Positions 13,173-28,397 of a stretch of 64,000 nt of DNA are shown here, one piece after another. The notes beneath the pieces are model-generated. The model worked only from the letters and a program-made list of their open reading frames with translations. It ran no database searches and was not told the origin of the DNA. The stretch comes from Octopus vulgaris (lineage: Eukaryota): positions 66,588,001 to 66,652,000 of the forward strand of contig OX597819.1 in NCBI GenBank assembly GCA_951406725.2. The letters are read 5' to 3'. Made by a program: the position numbers and the translations under genes. Every line of letters begins with the position of its first letter. Positions within the stretch are counted from its first letter, which is position 1.

Positions 13173-13320
13173 ACGACGGTCTTCTTTCCCTTTCCGTCAA
13201 ATACATCCACTCACTAGGCTTTGGTAGGCCCGGGCTCTAGTAGAAGGCACTTGTCCAATGTTGGCAATTCGTATCGAAGCCAGGTTGGAGAATAAGCTTC
13301 TTACCCGACAACCACTCCTA
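13173..13320 (-). mobile_element. tRNA-derived SINE, family B (decayed)
   Basis: Similar to the reverse complement of 23886-24050. Confidence 0.65.
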
Positions 13321-14068
13321 CAACGTGTACTGGTTTTCATAATTGTAAATACGTCGGTGAAAAGAATCTTCCCCTACGTGTTGTAATACTGTATTAAACG
13401 TTTTAAACATAATCGTGTTAACGATTATCCGTTTTTCTATCTCTCTTTTATACTGAGCCAATGCATTCCTCTCACACGCACGCATAAACACACACAACCA
13501 CATAATCACATATACATGCATAGATTCATTCATATGGTTACGTATTCATATGTTTTCGTATATTTTCTGATTATGAAAAACACGTCATAACCTCTTTTTA
13601 TAAGGATTCTGAAAAATTGATGAATTTAACTTGAGGCAACATGTCAAGTAATCTCCTAAATTTATAGAATGCATGCTCCCTATAAATTATTGATAATGTT
13701 GACTTAACGTGTGTGACGTGTGCAAATTCTTTAGGGAAAACAACTTTATTGAGTGAGTAAATGAATAAGTTATACTGTCAAAAAGTATGTAAATAAGAAT
13801 ATAAAACGCGTCGTATTTATTATAAATATCGAAGCAGGTACGTATTGGTCATTAATTTCGACATTTCGTATTGGAGTGTTTATAAAGTTTGCAGCATCTT
13901 AAAATAAGAAAGAGAAATACATGAATCTATTTTTTTTTATGTTTTTAATTTTAAATGCTTTTTTAAAAAACACGTTAAATTCTTGAATACCTATTGTTTT
14001 CTATTTGTAAAAGTCCGACATTTCTGAGGAAAAAGAAAACGTAATTTCTGACATTGATTTAGTTGATG

Positions 14069-14080
14069 ACTACTACTACA

Positions 14081-14150
<70 letters not shown>
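14069..14150. repeat. (CTA)n microsatellite
   Basis: Directly visible. Confidence 0.95.
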
Positions 14151-14224
14151 ACACAACCACCACCATATGTGTGTAGATAGATATGTGAAAAAATATATAT
14201 ATTATTAGTGATATTATTATCAGC

Positions 14225-14760
14225 ATTATTGAGACAGCTGTGCATGCCATCAAAGTGACCCTGGGCTAAAATATGCGAAGCCCAATATACCCATCTTGAC
14301 TACCTGTTTTATAATGGTACAACAGGCACAACCATATGAATGCGATTATTTGAACTCATACCAAGGTAAACAGTGCGTGACCTCGCAGGTGAGTTAGAAT
14401 TTTCCTCAGGTTGAGTAGCCCATCCTGATCAAAAGGTCCCAGAATAAGGTTTGTGTAAGAATGATGAACGAAACATTTTGGCTTCCTGAAATGAATTATT
14501 GGAAACCCAAAGGATTGCTCTCAACAAATGGTTATGATGCTCCCCTATTACTCCTGCTCGAGATCGCCAGCCACTAACGGACATGCCCAACTGGTTAAGG
14601 TCAAGCAACTGACAAGTACATGTGTGGTATTGAGGAGAATATTTGCTGTAGCCCATCTTCTATAGCAAGACAAAACAATGCACATGATAACACTTTCCGA
14701 TCAGTTAAAATGAGAAACCAAGGGAGCCACAGCCAGGTACTGCATCTAGGCATTTATTAT
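14225..14760 (-). mobile_element. Interspersed repeat, inverted sister of 17185-17680
   Basis: gcatgccatcaaagtgac...ttagaattttcctcaggt...caactggttaaggtcaa...gtagcccatctt is the reverse complement of blocks in 17185-17680. Confidence 0.75.
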
Positions 14761-14834
14761 TATCTATCAACATCATCATCCTTATTTTCTCTATATCAGA
14801 GGTTTTTTTGGAGCTCATAGAGTCTTGCATACGT

Positions 14835-14914
14835 AGATGGACGCAGTATAATTATGCCTAAATATCCAAGACTTCTTGGAGATTTTAGGTATAATTATAC
14901 TAATGTGTCCATCT
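14835..14914 (+). other. ~80-nt imperfect hairpin upstream of a hammerhead
   Basis: AGATGGAC..AGTATAATTAT.CCTAAA..TCCAAGA-ct-TCTTGGA..TTTAGG.ATAATTATACT..GTCCATCT. Confidence 0.85.
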
Positions 14915-14942
14915 GTTCTAATTTAATTAAACTCTATGTCAT

Positions 14943-15033
14943 TCTGCAGCTGAAGATCGCACTGCATTTTAAAATGATGTAATGATTGCATTGTTCAATT
15001 AAATGGAGTAGCATGAAACGATCGTACTGCAGA
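14943..15033 (+). ncRNA. Type-I hammerhead ribozyme with long stem II
   Basis: Stem I TCTGCAG/CTGCAGA (7 bp), core CTGAAGA 14950-14956, imperfect rod-like stem II, GAAAC-GATC-GTA; predicted cleavage after 15026. Confidence 0.8.
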
Positions 15034-15151
15034 TATCCTTGTTGTTTATTTTTATTTTTATCACCTTACTTTGAAATTGTATGTATAATACCGTACTAAA
15101 TTCTTGTGCCTCAACTTAAGTACCATATTCATCTGAATATATATATATATA

Positions 15152-15440
15152 CAGGAATCACTCGATGGTTGCGGATGTTACGTTCCAAAACCTCACAGGA
15201 TATGAGAAAATTCGCGAAGTAGAAACATGTACTGTATATAGTTTTTATCATTTCGATAATTTGTATTTGTTTATTTTATTCTAAATTCAAAACAATACCA
15301 CACACTCACCTCCAGATATTCTTTTCCCATACACTATCTGTGATTCTTTGTTTACTCATCATCATGTATTTTCTTTTAATATATTCCAATTATACAGTGC
15401 GTCCACAATAGGTGAACCGCGATTTGGTGAGGGATTACTC
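15152..15440. mobile_element. Tigger/pogo-like MITE
   Basis: TA-CAGGAATCACTC...GAGGGATTACTC-TA imperfect terminal inverted repeats with TA flanks. Confidence 0.55.
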
Positions 15441-16389
15441 TATATATTAAAATCTAAACATATACATACATACAATCATAGATATATTCATATTACATGT
15501 GCATATATACACAAACACACAGAATAGACTAAAAGTACTAATTCGATCGTTTGACAGATAGACAAATGTATGAATAACTAGACTCGCATATTTAAGCATA
15601 CAGACGCACACATACATGTACGACACGTTTGTATGAGCTTATAAATGTGTAAAAGTTACAGATTCTAGAAGCATTTTTTTGTTGTTTTTTACTTAATCCC
15701 TTAAAGATAAAAATTTGTAATCTTGTTCTTTGTTGTTATATAGAATGTAGCGAACGCTGAAATTTTCGAAACCTTCGTCTTGCACTCCGTAGATACCTCT
15801 TTCTGACTGAGACTAACACTGTTATTAAATTATACTTCGAGTAAAATATTTAAAACAAACTAAAATTTCGACATTTATGACACGTTTTTATACACAGTGA
15901 CTCCCTATCGGTCGCTGTTGGCCCTTCCTTCATTCATTAACAAGCTTAGTTGTACATTATGGACATTTTAAAATGATGTGACAACGGTAAGGTAAGTTAA
16001 AATGCGTTATCTTAGATAACAAATTTGTAAAATATTCACCTGAATGAAAATTTTATTCCATTATATCTTTTATATTCCACTTGTCATTGTAAAAATGCAT
16101 ATATTTTTGTGGGCGCTTTTCATCAAATGCTGCTGTAAAATATGGAGGGAAATGCAAGAGAGGCAAACCATAATTCCATCTAAATAAGAGCTGCATATAT
16201 CTTCTCTCCCACATACATGCAACATTTAATATCTTTCTTCTTTCAATTAATTAAGCTTTATCTTCTTTACTTCCAAGTCATATATTTTGATATGAATGTC
16301 ATATGGTAAAAATATTTCAGCGCCATTTTGTATATCTCGAAAGATAAAGCTGTAGAAAATGAGCATTACTAAATTTACCCACCTTTATG

Positions 16390-16677
<288 letters not shown>

Positions 16678-16679
<2 letters not shown>

Positions 16680-16987
16680 GGGAGTAGACCTTTTTGTGGT
16701 AGATAAAAGACAAAAGTGAACCTAGTTAATAGATATTAACATACCTGGGGATGCACATGTAGATGACAAAGAGCTTGCAAAGATGGAGAAATATGAATTA
16801 CTAAAAGACAAAATACAAGAATATAAAATGTGGGTAATAAGGGCAGTAGTTTTAGGGGCACTCGGAGTGCTAACAACGTGGTTCGAGAAATATATGAGAT
16901 AAACTAGAACTGATATGAGGGCAGAGCAGACCCAAAATCTGATCTATTAGGGACAGGTAGGATTTTGAGATTGGTGCTTGTGTGTTG
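16678..16987 (+). pseudogene. R4/Dong-clade LINE 3' end (restriction-like endonuclease remnant)
   Basis: Broken translation [10 protein letters not shown]...LIDINIPGDAHVDDKELAKMEKYELLKD...VVLGALG...LLGTGRILRLVL resembles the REL motifs RPD..D..P.D..KE..K..KY, VIGALG and LLGT..ILR. Confidence 0.75.
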
Positions 16988-17152
16988 AGTGTTAACATCC
17001 AGGTACCAAAGCTTTTAATTTCCGAAAGTAACCCTGTGAGAACTCAAAAAATGAAGTTGTTTTCCGCTCTCACAGAATCAATCAGAGCAAAGAAAACCAA
17101 GAATTCTGTGAAGTAAAATAATAATAATAATAACAACAACAACAACAACAAC

Positions 17153-17184
<32 letters not shown>

Positions 17185-17189
<5 letters not shown>

Positions 17190-17680
17190 TCCTTTGTCTT
17201 GGCATAAAAGATGGGCTACGGCAAATATTCTGCTCAATACCAGATTTACTTGTCAGCTGATTGACCTTAACCAGTTGAACATGCCCCTTACTAGCTGATG
17301 ATATGTGCATCTCTGATCGCGAGCAGAAGTAGTGGGGGAGCATCATAGCCATGTGCTGAGAGGAAGTATTTGGGATTTGTATAATTCACCTTTGAAAACA
17401 TGGGTGTTTCGGTGAACATCCTTAAACGACTCTTCTTTAGAGACCTTTTGAGCGGATGGCCCACTCGACCTGAAGAAAATTCTAACTGGGCCCCACCTGC
17501 AGGGTCACGCGATGTTTATCTTGATATAAGATCATCATGTCGCGCACATATGGTTGTGATGCATGTGCCTAGTGTACCTTTATGAGACGGGTAGACGCTG
17601 ATGGGTATACTGGGCTTCGTATATATTACCCTAATGTCAGTTTGATGGCATGTGCTGCTCTATCACTCAACAACAACAAG
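17185..17680 (+). mobile_element. Interspersed repeat flanked by (AAT)n/(AAC)n, sister of 14225-14760
   Basis: Shared blocks in inverted orientation with 14225-14760. Confidence 0.75.
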
Positions 17681-19804
17681 AATAATAGAAATTCGAGCCT
17701 AGAAGTATTGAAAGACTAAATATGGCGTTCCAAAGTATAAGATGTTAGCAAGCAAAACCCAACATTCGAAACACTAGATTATACGAATCCAAACGGATCT
17801 GGGTTAGGAAAAGCACAAGATCTCACTACTGACAGATATGTGCGGATCCCAAGTATTAGATGTAGTCTTTCTGTAAATAGTTCCCACCATAACTTTGAGA
17901 AAATTTGATTGAAGTCGAGCATGTAAATATGCCTGCAAACTATGTTGCTGCTGGCATTTAAAATTTATTTTAATATATCAATTTATCAAATTCAAATGTC
18001 GACAACTGGAAACCTATTAATCAGAACATGGATGGACGATAATTAATAAGACAGTGTGCTTAATGTGTCACCTTACAGTTTGTCACTCTACTAGGATTTG
18101 CGCCTATCATTATTAATATCAATTATCGCAATTAGATTAATAATCCTTACTGATCATTATTCATATTTAATAATCTCTTATGTAAATAAGAAAAACATTT
18201 CTACCACCAGATTTATATGTGTGAAACAAATATTATAAACTTGCGTAAAACTTTTATATTCAAGTCATAACTTGCACAATAGTAAACTATATTTTAAAAT
18301 TCCTATAACAGGATATTACGTATCCTAAGATAACGATAGTGGAATTTACCTCTCCTTTATGGACCCCCCCCCCCCGAAAAATGGCCTCTTTATAAAATGG
18401 CAACCAATCGACATGAATTGAAGCAATAATTCAGAAATCATTCATAACATTATCAAAGCATAAATGGTTTTAAAACAAGATATTTTCCAAAGCAAGCATT
18501 CCAGCGAGTTCAATCTAACAATCAATGACCCATTCTGCCATATGATTTAATCCATGGATATATGTAAACAGCTATATTGCGACTGATTTTTATTCTTAAC
18601 AGTAATATTATCTCATCAGGGTACCAGAAAGAGTGAAAAAATGTTACTCCTCATCCATGTAAGCTTGATAATTTCATACTGAAATCATTAATGGCGATAT
18701 AAAACAAAGTTTTTAAATGCACGTTTCATTATCAAAACTTTAGTAATTTTGTCACCATTCACCTCTTCATTACCGTTGCTGGTGAAACAAACTGGTTATA
18801 GATACAGGTGCTCTAGACAAGATAGCATTCCCCTATATGAATGATACGGGAACCATCTACATGTAACAATCCGTTGTAGAATATTCTCTAAGCTATACAT
18901 GAATTCAATACTAATATTTAATAAAAAGTGATACAAATATGCCATTTTATTGTGAAGAAGAAAATTAATTCAAATTCTCAAATATTTAAATGAGGCATTT
19001 ATGATTAGAATTAGAATTATAATAATTATAGTAATTATAATAGTTATAATCTGAAAGATCTAATACTATTCAATTTAGAGACAAGCACGAAACAATATCC
19101 TAAATTCCAGAAATGTTAAAATGCAAACCCAGCCAGGAATTACTAATTAGATATAAAATGATAATCAACAAAATTAAAAGGATCAAATAGAGAAAATCAG
19201 AATATGTCTCTCTCTGTTCTGAATAAAATATTATAAAATCTTTAAAGGGAACATACAAAAAGAAGAAATATACCATACTGTTAGAGAGGAAGGAATACCT
19301 TGATAGAAATAAGGAATTATTCCAAAGCAAGCGCCGAGGTTCATGGAAATTACTTCGAAGCAAGCAGAGTTTTATTTTGTAGTAAAAGTGAAACTGCAAA
19401 CTTCAAACGTTGTTTAAAAAATTAAGGTGATATTCGTTTTTAAGCGTAGAACTCGGAGTAGATAAAACTACTTATAATACGGAGTAAATATTGTGTTAAA
19501 TTTCTTGTGGATAGAAAAAGTCCAATGCTGTCAGTGCGACTTGAGCCTACGTCTTCTGTACACACGTCAGACGCAGAGCTTCTGCATCAAAACAATCAAT
19601 GCCTTCCTCCAGCCATTTAAAAGCTTTGCTTATCATCAGCGAGAATGTTGCACGTCGTAACAATTGAGATATTGGAAAGACGCATTTTTCTGTAGTATTT
19701 AAACGGTAGCAATTGAAAGCTAGTCATGTGACTCGAACCCACTCCACCTCTAACAACCGATAAAATAGTTATGAATTCCGGGTGGCAAACCACAGACCCA
19801 AGCC

Positions 19805-20290
19805 AATAAGTGGGAAGAAACAAGATTTCTTTACCCTCAAAGGGCTGGCTCGCAAAACAGCGAGCCTTCTCTGGGGTGTCAAACAGCAAACACCGTTGGA
19901 TATTTGACACCCCTAGAGATATACACCAACTCCTGCTTAATCAGCTGCTTGGAAAAGATGGCAATGGTGTCGAAAACCTTCGAATACGTTCTCAACACCA
20001 ACGTCCTCTCCTCTTGCTGTCTCATCTACTCCTTAGGTGGGACAATCTCCCACTCTACAATCTTATCCGTATTTTTTGCCCTGTTTAAAATTTAAAAAGT
20101 CCCAAACAATAGTTCACGAATTTCAAAAAGAGAAGAGAGAAATCAAAAGGAAACAATAGGGAAGAATAAAAAAGCAAACAGTTCAATAAAAAGTAACATT
20201 AAACAATAGAAGAAGAAAACAACAGTTTAACAAAACACACCAAAAAGTCTTCTGGGCATTCGGGTACTCCAAGCCCTCTGGTACTCAGAT
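19805..20290 (-). pseudogene. L1/Tx1-type LINE 5' region and ORF1 start (decayed)
   Basis: Minus-strand translation TDKIVEWEIVPPKE*MRQQEERTLVLRTYSK...LVYISRGVKYPTV / FDTPEKARCFASQPFEGKEILFLPTY, with one stop and one frameshift. Clade call is from recalled similarity. Confidence 0.45.
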
Positions 20291-20469
20291 TAGAAACTGG
20301 TCTGCTCCACTTGAAATACAGCTTTCAAATTGTTGGTAAACGTTGTAAAATACACACTATTTACAAACAGCGAACAACTTTTGGTGGCAGGATACGTCAC
20401 CAAACTGTACTTCTCACAATGGGAAAAAATGTTCACTTGATGTGAACAGTTGAAATACAGTTTTACGCA

Positions 20470-20830
20470 GAGGTCCACTTTGCCTTTCATCCTTTCGGGG
20501 TCCATATATTAAGTACAAATTGCGTTCTGGGGTTGATCTAATCGACTGGATCCTACCCGCAAAATTTCGGCCCTTGTGCGTAGAGTAGGAAAAAATTATT
20601 TTTTGTGTGGAAAGGTTTGCAAGTTGGCAGAAATATTTGCATGCCAAGCAATCTGCTCAGCGGAATTTCGTCTGTCTTTACGTTCTAAATTCAAATTCCG
20701 CCGGACTTGACTTCGCCTTTCATCCCTTCGGAGCTATACTAGAAAATGCTTGCCCAAGATGCCACGCAGTGTGATTGAAACCAGAACCATGTGGTTGGAA
20801 ATAAACCTACTTATTACACAGCCACTCCCG
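20470..20830. mobile_element. Cluster of SINE fragments (family C on +, family B on -)
   Basis: actttgcctttcatcctttcgggg, ttcaaattccgcc and cttgcccaagatgccacgcagt blocks. Confidence 0.7.
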
Positions 20831-20832
20831 TG

Positions 20833-20880
<48 letters not shown>

Positions 20881-20886
<6 letters not shown>

Positions 20887-21260
20887 CAAATTAGAGACAA
20901 AACCACTATTAGGCAAATCAAACAAATTAACTTAGACAAATTAACTTGGCGAGTTCATTGTTTAAACCTCGCCAAGTTAAATATTTAAACCACCTGATGA
21001 ATGACTGCGACTCAAAAATTTGAAGATGTTAGCAGGCATGAAACGATCGTAGTGTGATATTAATTATATTTTTTTAATAATTTTGTTATATATTTAAATA
21101 ATATAAATTAAATAATATTATGTATTGGATTAAGTTTTTCATTGTTTGATTTGCCTAATAGTGGTTTTGTCTCTAATTTATAATAATATAATATTTTACT
21201 ATAAAATTGGATTCAATCCTAAATCTGATTTTTCCCTGTAAGTTTGGATTTATTCCCTAA

Positions 21261-21263
<3 letters not shown>
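20881..21263 (+). mobile_element. Penelope-like fold-back element carrying hairpin plus hammerhead, inserted in (TA)n
   Basis: 38-bp perfect inverted repeat (20888-20925 vs 21142-21179), unpaired 3' tail to 21263, (TA)n on both sides; sister copy at 43696-44030. Confidence 0.75.
20991..21054 (+). ncRNA. Type-I hammerhead ribozyme
   Basis: CAC-CTGATGA-ATGACTGC...GCAGGCAT-GAAAC-GATC-GTA-GTG; stem II 7 of 8 pairs; predicted cleavage after 21051. Confidence 0.85.
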
Positions 21264-21312
<49 letters not shown>

Positions 21313-21316
21313 TACT

Positions 21317-21966
<650 letters not shown>

Positions 21967-22305
21967 GTTTCATGTACATATATGCAGTACCATATAGTTT
22001 TATATCTACACATGCTTAATTAACTTGTTGTGTACTAAAGTTTTTACAATAATATGATTGAAACGGCAACAGTGTTTTAATGTACTTTCAAATTTTAACA
22101 TTATTTAGCACTCGTTGTTAAATCTGGGAACATAATGTGAAAGAAATATAGAGAAATTCACACTCCAGCTTTCATTGTTGTGCGTACACTCCCAATCCCA
22201 CGAACACACACAACACACAAGCATTCACTATGACTAACGTTAATACATGCTCGTTGTTGCCGAAGCTAAACAATATAATGACAAACTTGTATAATTACAT
22301 ACCTC

Positions 22306-22384
<79 letters not shown>

Positions 22385-22394
22385 TGCGTGCGTA

Positions 22395-22535
22395 ATGAGT
22401 TCAAGTTTCGCCGAAGATGACTTTGCCTTTCATCCTTTCGGGGTCGATAAATTAATTACTAGTTGCCTACTGGGGTTGATCTAATCGGCTACCCAGTTCC
22501 CCTCAAATTTCGAGCCTTGTGCCTAGAGTAAAAGA
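22395..22535 (+). mobile_element. SINE family C fragment
   Basis: gagttcaagtttcgccgaagatgactttgcctttcatcctttcggggtcgataaa. Confidence 0.75.
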
Positions 22536-22629
22536 GAATATATGTATGAGTGTGTATGCATGTATATATATATATATAAATATGAATGCATGTACATATA
22601 TATATATACGTGTGTCTATATGTGTATGC

Positions 22630-22678
<49 letters not shown>

Positions 22679-22809
22679 CACACAAACATACACATTTATA
22701 TATATATATGTGTGTGTGTATACATTTTTATCTATCTACGTATAACCGGATAGGATACGTAAATGAACTGCCATATGTATGTATACACAGGCCATATATA
22801 TATATTTTT

Positions 22810-23032
22810 TTTTACTACCCACAAGGGGCTAAACAGAGGGTGCAAACAAGGACAGACAAAGGGATTAAGTCGATTACATCAACCCAGTGTGAAACTGGTA
22901 CTTTATTTATCGACCCCGAAAGGATGAAAGGCAAAGTCAACCTTGGCGGAATTTGAACTCAGAACGTAGCGACAGACGAAATACCGCTAAGCATTTCGTC
23001 TGGCGCGCTAACGTTTCTGCCAGCTCGCCGCC
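22810..23032 (-). mobile_element. SINE family C, near full length
   Basis: Reverse complement reads ggcggcgagctggcagaaacgttagc...gagttcaaattcc (Pol III A/B-box-like); multiple copies in the window. Confidence 0.85.
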
Positions 23033-23742
23033 TTCTCAGGCCATATATAAACGTATTCCGGAAATCCCACGTAACTGGCCCAAACAGAAACACGCAAAGC
23101 ACCTCTAAATGTATAATATATGCACATTATCCCGTCTCCATTTACGTACTCATTCTTCTCTTTTACTTTTATTATATACGATCTCAGATCACCTGGTTTT
23201 TCGTTTTCTTCTATATTTCGTTTACACATCTTTGTCCACCCGTCTCTCTCTCTCTGTCTCACTCTCTCTTTCACTCTTTCTCTACTAAACGCCTACACAC
23301 ATTTGATTCAATTGAAATTTATTCTTTACAAGTGAAATCGGAGGAAACACATCTATACTAACAACAAAAGCTAAATGCGTTTCTTTAGCGCTGCATTTGG
23401 AGGAAGTCATGAAGCAGCCTCATTTAAAACAAAAGCTTTTGTATATGTCTCACACGCACGTGTACATTGATCACAAAGAATAATACATTCGCAAAAAGGA
23501 CACCCATTCCTATATTTCACGCATAGATTCAAATGTTACAGTCAACGAATGTGCAAGGGAGTTGTCAATGCATGTTGTAGATTATAAGATTCATTTAACG
23601 GTATTATATTTATCGCGATACGAATATTTTCCTTTGTGAATCTCGGGAAAGAATCGTCATAAACGAGTAATAGTGTAGTGAATACACATTCTACATTGTG
23701 TTACTTTTTAATGGTATTAAATTTATCGCAATGCGATAGTTA

Positions 23743-23811
<69 letters not shown>

Positions 23812-23885
23812 CCATCTATTTGTCTGTCTATTTATCTAACTTTCCATTTATTTATCTGTCTATCTATCTATCTATCTATCTTTAT

Positions 23886-24059
23886 AGGCGTAAGAATGGC
23901 TGTGTGGTAAGTAGCTTGCTAACCAGCCACATGGTTCCGGTTTCAATCCCACTGCGTGGCCCCTTGAGAGAGTCTCTTCTACTATAGCCTCGGGCCGATC
24001 AAATCCTTGTGAGTGGATTTGGTAGACGGAAACTGAAAGAACCCCGTCGTATGCATGTG

Positions 24060-24124
<65 letters not shown>

Positions 24125-24320
24125 AGGTATATGTTTGCGTGTCTGTGTTCTCCCCCCCCCACATCGCTTGACAACTGGTGTTTTTTCGTCCCCGTAACCT
24201 AGCGGTTCGGGAAAAGAGAGTACTAGGCTTACAAAGAATATGCCGTGGGGTCGATTTGCTCGACGAAAGGCGGTGCTCCAGAATGGCCACAGTCAAGTGA
24301 CTGAAACAAGTAAAAGAGTA
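23886..24320 (+). mobile_element. tRNA-derived SINE family B, full length with internal microsatellite
   Basis: tggctgtgtggtaag (A-box-like), gtttcaatccc (B-box-like), tail gactgaaacaagtaaaagagta. Confidence 0.85.
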
Positions 24321-26001
24321 TCTAAATATATATACCCTTGCATATATACTAAATATTTTGTCATCTATTAACAATCTGATATTCGGTATGGGATAGATTG
24401 TTTCTTGACTCCAATAATGAAGCGCGATTATTATTATTGTTAAAATCACTATTATGATTATTGTTGTTGTTGCTGTTGTTGTTGTTGCTTCTGCTGTAGT
24501 AGTTGTTCATATTATTTATAAAATTATTATTATTTATAATTTTCCGCCGTTGTTTTAGTTGATTTTGCAAAATATGGTTATTAAACAACCATATTTCATC
24601 AATGTATTTGCCATTAATACATACCTGGTAATATTAATAAATATGATGCCACTATCTTCAAAAAATATATATTATTCTGTATATTTATTCGATCTCTCTG
24701 CTATATTATTCATAAATTTATATTTTTCTAACCATTTTCTTTTATTCGCATTCCAGCATGTCAATACAACACGAATAAATAACACAGCAGAACCACTTCT
24801 GGGAATATTTACCTAACTGCTGAAGCACGTCTACATTTGTTTCCGGCTCGCATTCTCACAATTATTTTTGGATGTTTTCATACTCTTCTACAATGCTATT
24901 ATTCTCTTCTGATGGATTTATTTTCATTTTAATTTATTTATTTAAAAAATCGCATAAATCTATTCACAACTATGTGTTCTTATCGCAAAATTCATTGCTT
25001 CTTTCAACTTTACATTTCTCTCTTATTTCTTGTTTTAATTTCTTTTTGCTGTATTCTTTTTTTTTTTCTAGTTTCTAAATTGATATAATCGTCTGTCAAT
25101 GTGAATGATCGTCTGCAAATTATTACGATCTTCTGTCAGTATTTATAGTCGTCTGCTTTCTCATTATCATTTATCTATCTGCTTTTTCTCAACGCCACCA
25201 TATTGAATTTGAAATACTGCATTTACATCCGTTAATAGTCAACTATGTATAAATATATCGCATTTAAATAATTCCATATAATTCTATTCCATTCTTTTCT
25301 CTTCATAAATATGTTTCACTAGCCAAAACGAAAATGTAAAAAATACAATTATGTTGCATATTATATTGAAAAAAAAACTAGTTTCAAAAGCGTACAATGC
25401 CTTTCTAATTAAGAAGTCTTTATCTACTGAAGCTGTTTCGCTTTTGCCTCTTGCTGACTACTTGCATAATTCAGTACCTCTTGTCACTAGTATAATATAT
25501 CTGTCTATAATATAACGTGTTTGCTCAATATTCCGTCCATTTATTTCTTTATTTTAACCCTAGTTTATAACATTATAATGCACAAAACAAACGAAACCAA
25601 ATTCCAAAACACACTTCTTTCTTTGAAAACAAAGTTTCGTTTAATAAATAGTTTTAGGTGCGAATAATAGTTCTAGGGGAAACATGGGATGTTTAAAGTG
25701 GTAATGTTTTTAACAGAATATTTGCAAGCTCAAAACCGACGTAACATTCCCTTTAAGAAAATATTACACCAAAATTTTACTTACTATGAAACATTTATTA
25801 CAGATAATAATATCAGAAACACATGTACATATACGGTAATAGAATGTATATACATCCTGAAATACTTGGTGTTTGGTGTGGCAAGCGGCCAATGTGAATT
25901 TCGTATTTGAATAGGGTTGAAGAGTCTTGAATTCACACAATCTGACATTGAAACCCTGGCAAGGATTTTAGCAACCACAGACAAATCCACACATATACGT
26001 A

Positions 26002-26122
<121 letters not shown>

Positions 26123-27905
26123 GTATGTGTGTGTGCGTTCGTGTGTGTGTGTGTGAGCGCTGATGGATGTCTTCGACAAACGTACATTTTTAAATAATAG
26201 TGATAATTGGACACTACCAATTTTGATACGTTCATTTACATTTATGATAGCTGTTATGGAATATTTATGTACAGTTGCTGTAATGTCTTTCAGAAAATAT
26301 TAAATATTAATATTCAATTTGAACCTCGGCTCAGAACTTCAATGAGATAGTGATAGAGAGAAAGAGTAAGAAATGTCCTAGCAAACTTCGTCCGATAAGG
26401 ATGTAGGAAGAAACGCTTAGAATATATTTGTTGCAAATAAAATGAGAATACTGGGGTGAATGTTTTTTGTTTGATTTTTCGCCTATCATCGGTCTACATT
26501 TTTTCAGCACACCTTTAATGAAACGATTTCAACCACGAGCAGCCAGTTCTTTTCTTAAAAGCAATGCCATTTATTTAGAAAAGGCTGACAATTTTGAGAG
26601 AGAGAGGACTATTCGCCCACGACACAGTATTTGATCATACTTCACTTTATCGACCCCGAAAGGGATAAAAGAGATTAGCGACCCTTTCAGGTGTATGTGT
26701 GTGGACGGGGGTGGGGTGGTGTTCGTCACGTATGCAATGAAAACCAGAAAGCGAGAAAGTAATATCAATGGGTCGACGACGAAGACGAAGACGACGACGA
26801 CAACGATGATGATGATGATGATGGATGTGCTGCAAAGGAAGTTGCCAACTTTGGAATTTTGATACGTAAACTTTAAATGTCCGAAGGAATCTCGGAAGAC
26901 ATTTTGATCCACATAGACAGCGAATACAGTATGAATTATTAAATATGTTCTCACCCTATGTGTTTAGGCATTGTTTTAATTTTATAGAGATGCGATTGTT
27001 ATTTGTAACGTGTGACGCTTTCACGTCAATGATTTGTCTTTGCGTACAAGAGATATCATAGTTCTTGTCGTTTAGCAAATTGGTCAGCTGTGCCCATGCC
27101 CATCGAATGATCAAAGATGCTCCAGTTGTGACAGACGGGAAAACCACGACATTTTTAGTTTTTAATTTCTTTCTGTATCTTATTTTTACCTTTATTATTT
27201 TTATTTATTTGTCCAGATAAAGCATTTCTACGAATACATTTGTATCTACGTTAATCCAGTTTTAGATATTACGAACTTGTTATTTGTAAAGGAATTTCAC
27301 TAGACATTCTATGAGCTTCAGTGAACACGCAAATACTTGAGCTTTCTCTCTGATGGTGTGGGCATTGAAAACAAAAGGTAACTAGGGAAAGAAAAAGCGG
27401 GAACTTGTGAGATACTTGACTTGAAAGAAAGACGAAACAAGACGCAAGCAAGGGAAATAAATAATGCTGTAGAAAATTACAGCAGACAAAAAAGAACAAA
27501 ATTTCTTTATATTGCCATAGAACGAACGATTTCGTAATAATAAAAATAATAATAGAAACAATAAAAATAAATGTTCTTGTCATCGCTGTTGTCGCTGTAA
27601 AAATTATGTACGTTTATATGTTTCTTCAAAGTTTATAGTATTTCATTGTCGTAAATTCATTTTGATGATATTTGAAGTGTAACAAGAGAAATGAGATGAA
27701 TAAATATATTACATGGAGTCTATGATGGATGTGTATTTGTGTGAGCAGAAATTACTTTTGCGCCATTGTTGACTGGAGGGTGTTTTGAACATTATAATCC
27801 TATTACACAAACGTACAAAAACACAGAAATATTTACTTCTCTATATAAGTCTATAAAGCTGTATGTGTAAGCCTATATTTATGTATATACATATATGTAT
27901 GTATG

Positions 27906-27963
<58 letters not shown>

Positions 27964-28041
27964 AAGAGTGAGAAAAAGTGAGAGAGACGTGTATACATGT
28001 GTATATATATGAATTTGAATATAGACGTGTCTGTATTTATG

Positions 28042-28087
<46 letters not shown>

Positions 28088-28361
28088 CATACATATATAC
28101 TTATATAAAACTCTCTATATATATATAGATATAGTTACATGTGTATGTGTGTGTGTCATTGTGCGCATGTGTCTGTCTGAGTGTTTCAATGTACGTTCGT
28201 GTTTGAGCAGGCTTGCCAACATTAATGTTTGAGAGTGTGTATACAATACATAAACCTATTATATATATATATATATATATATATACATAAATATATATAC
28301 ACATATATACATACTTAAGTTAAATATATATGTAATTATATATATATATGTATATACATGT

Positions 28362-28397
<36 letters not shown>

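Noticed and set aside
17295-19640. Isolated CTGATGA/CTGAAGA heptamers (17295, 17469; minus strand at ~18614 and ~19633)
   Set aside because: No correctly placed GAAA, NUH and stem I.
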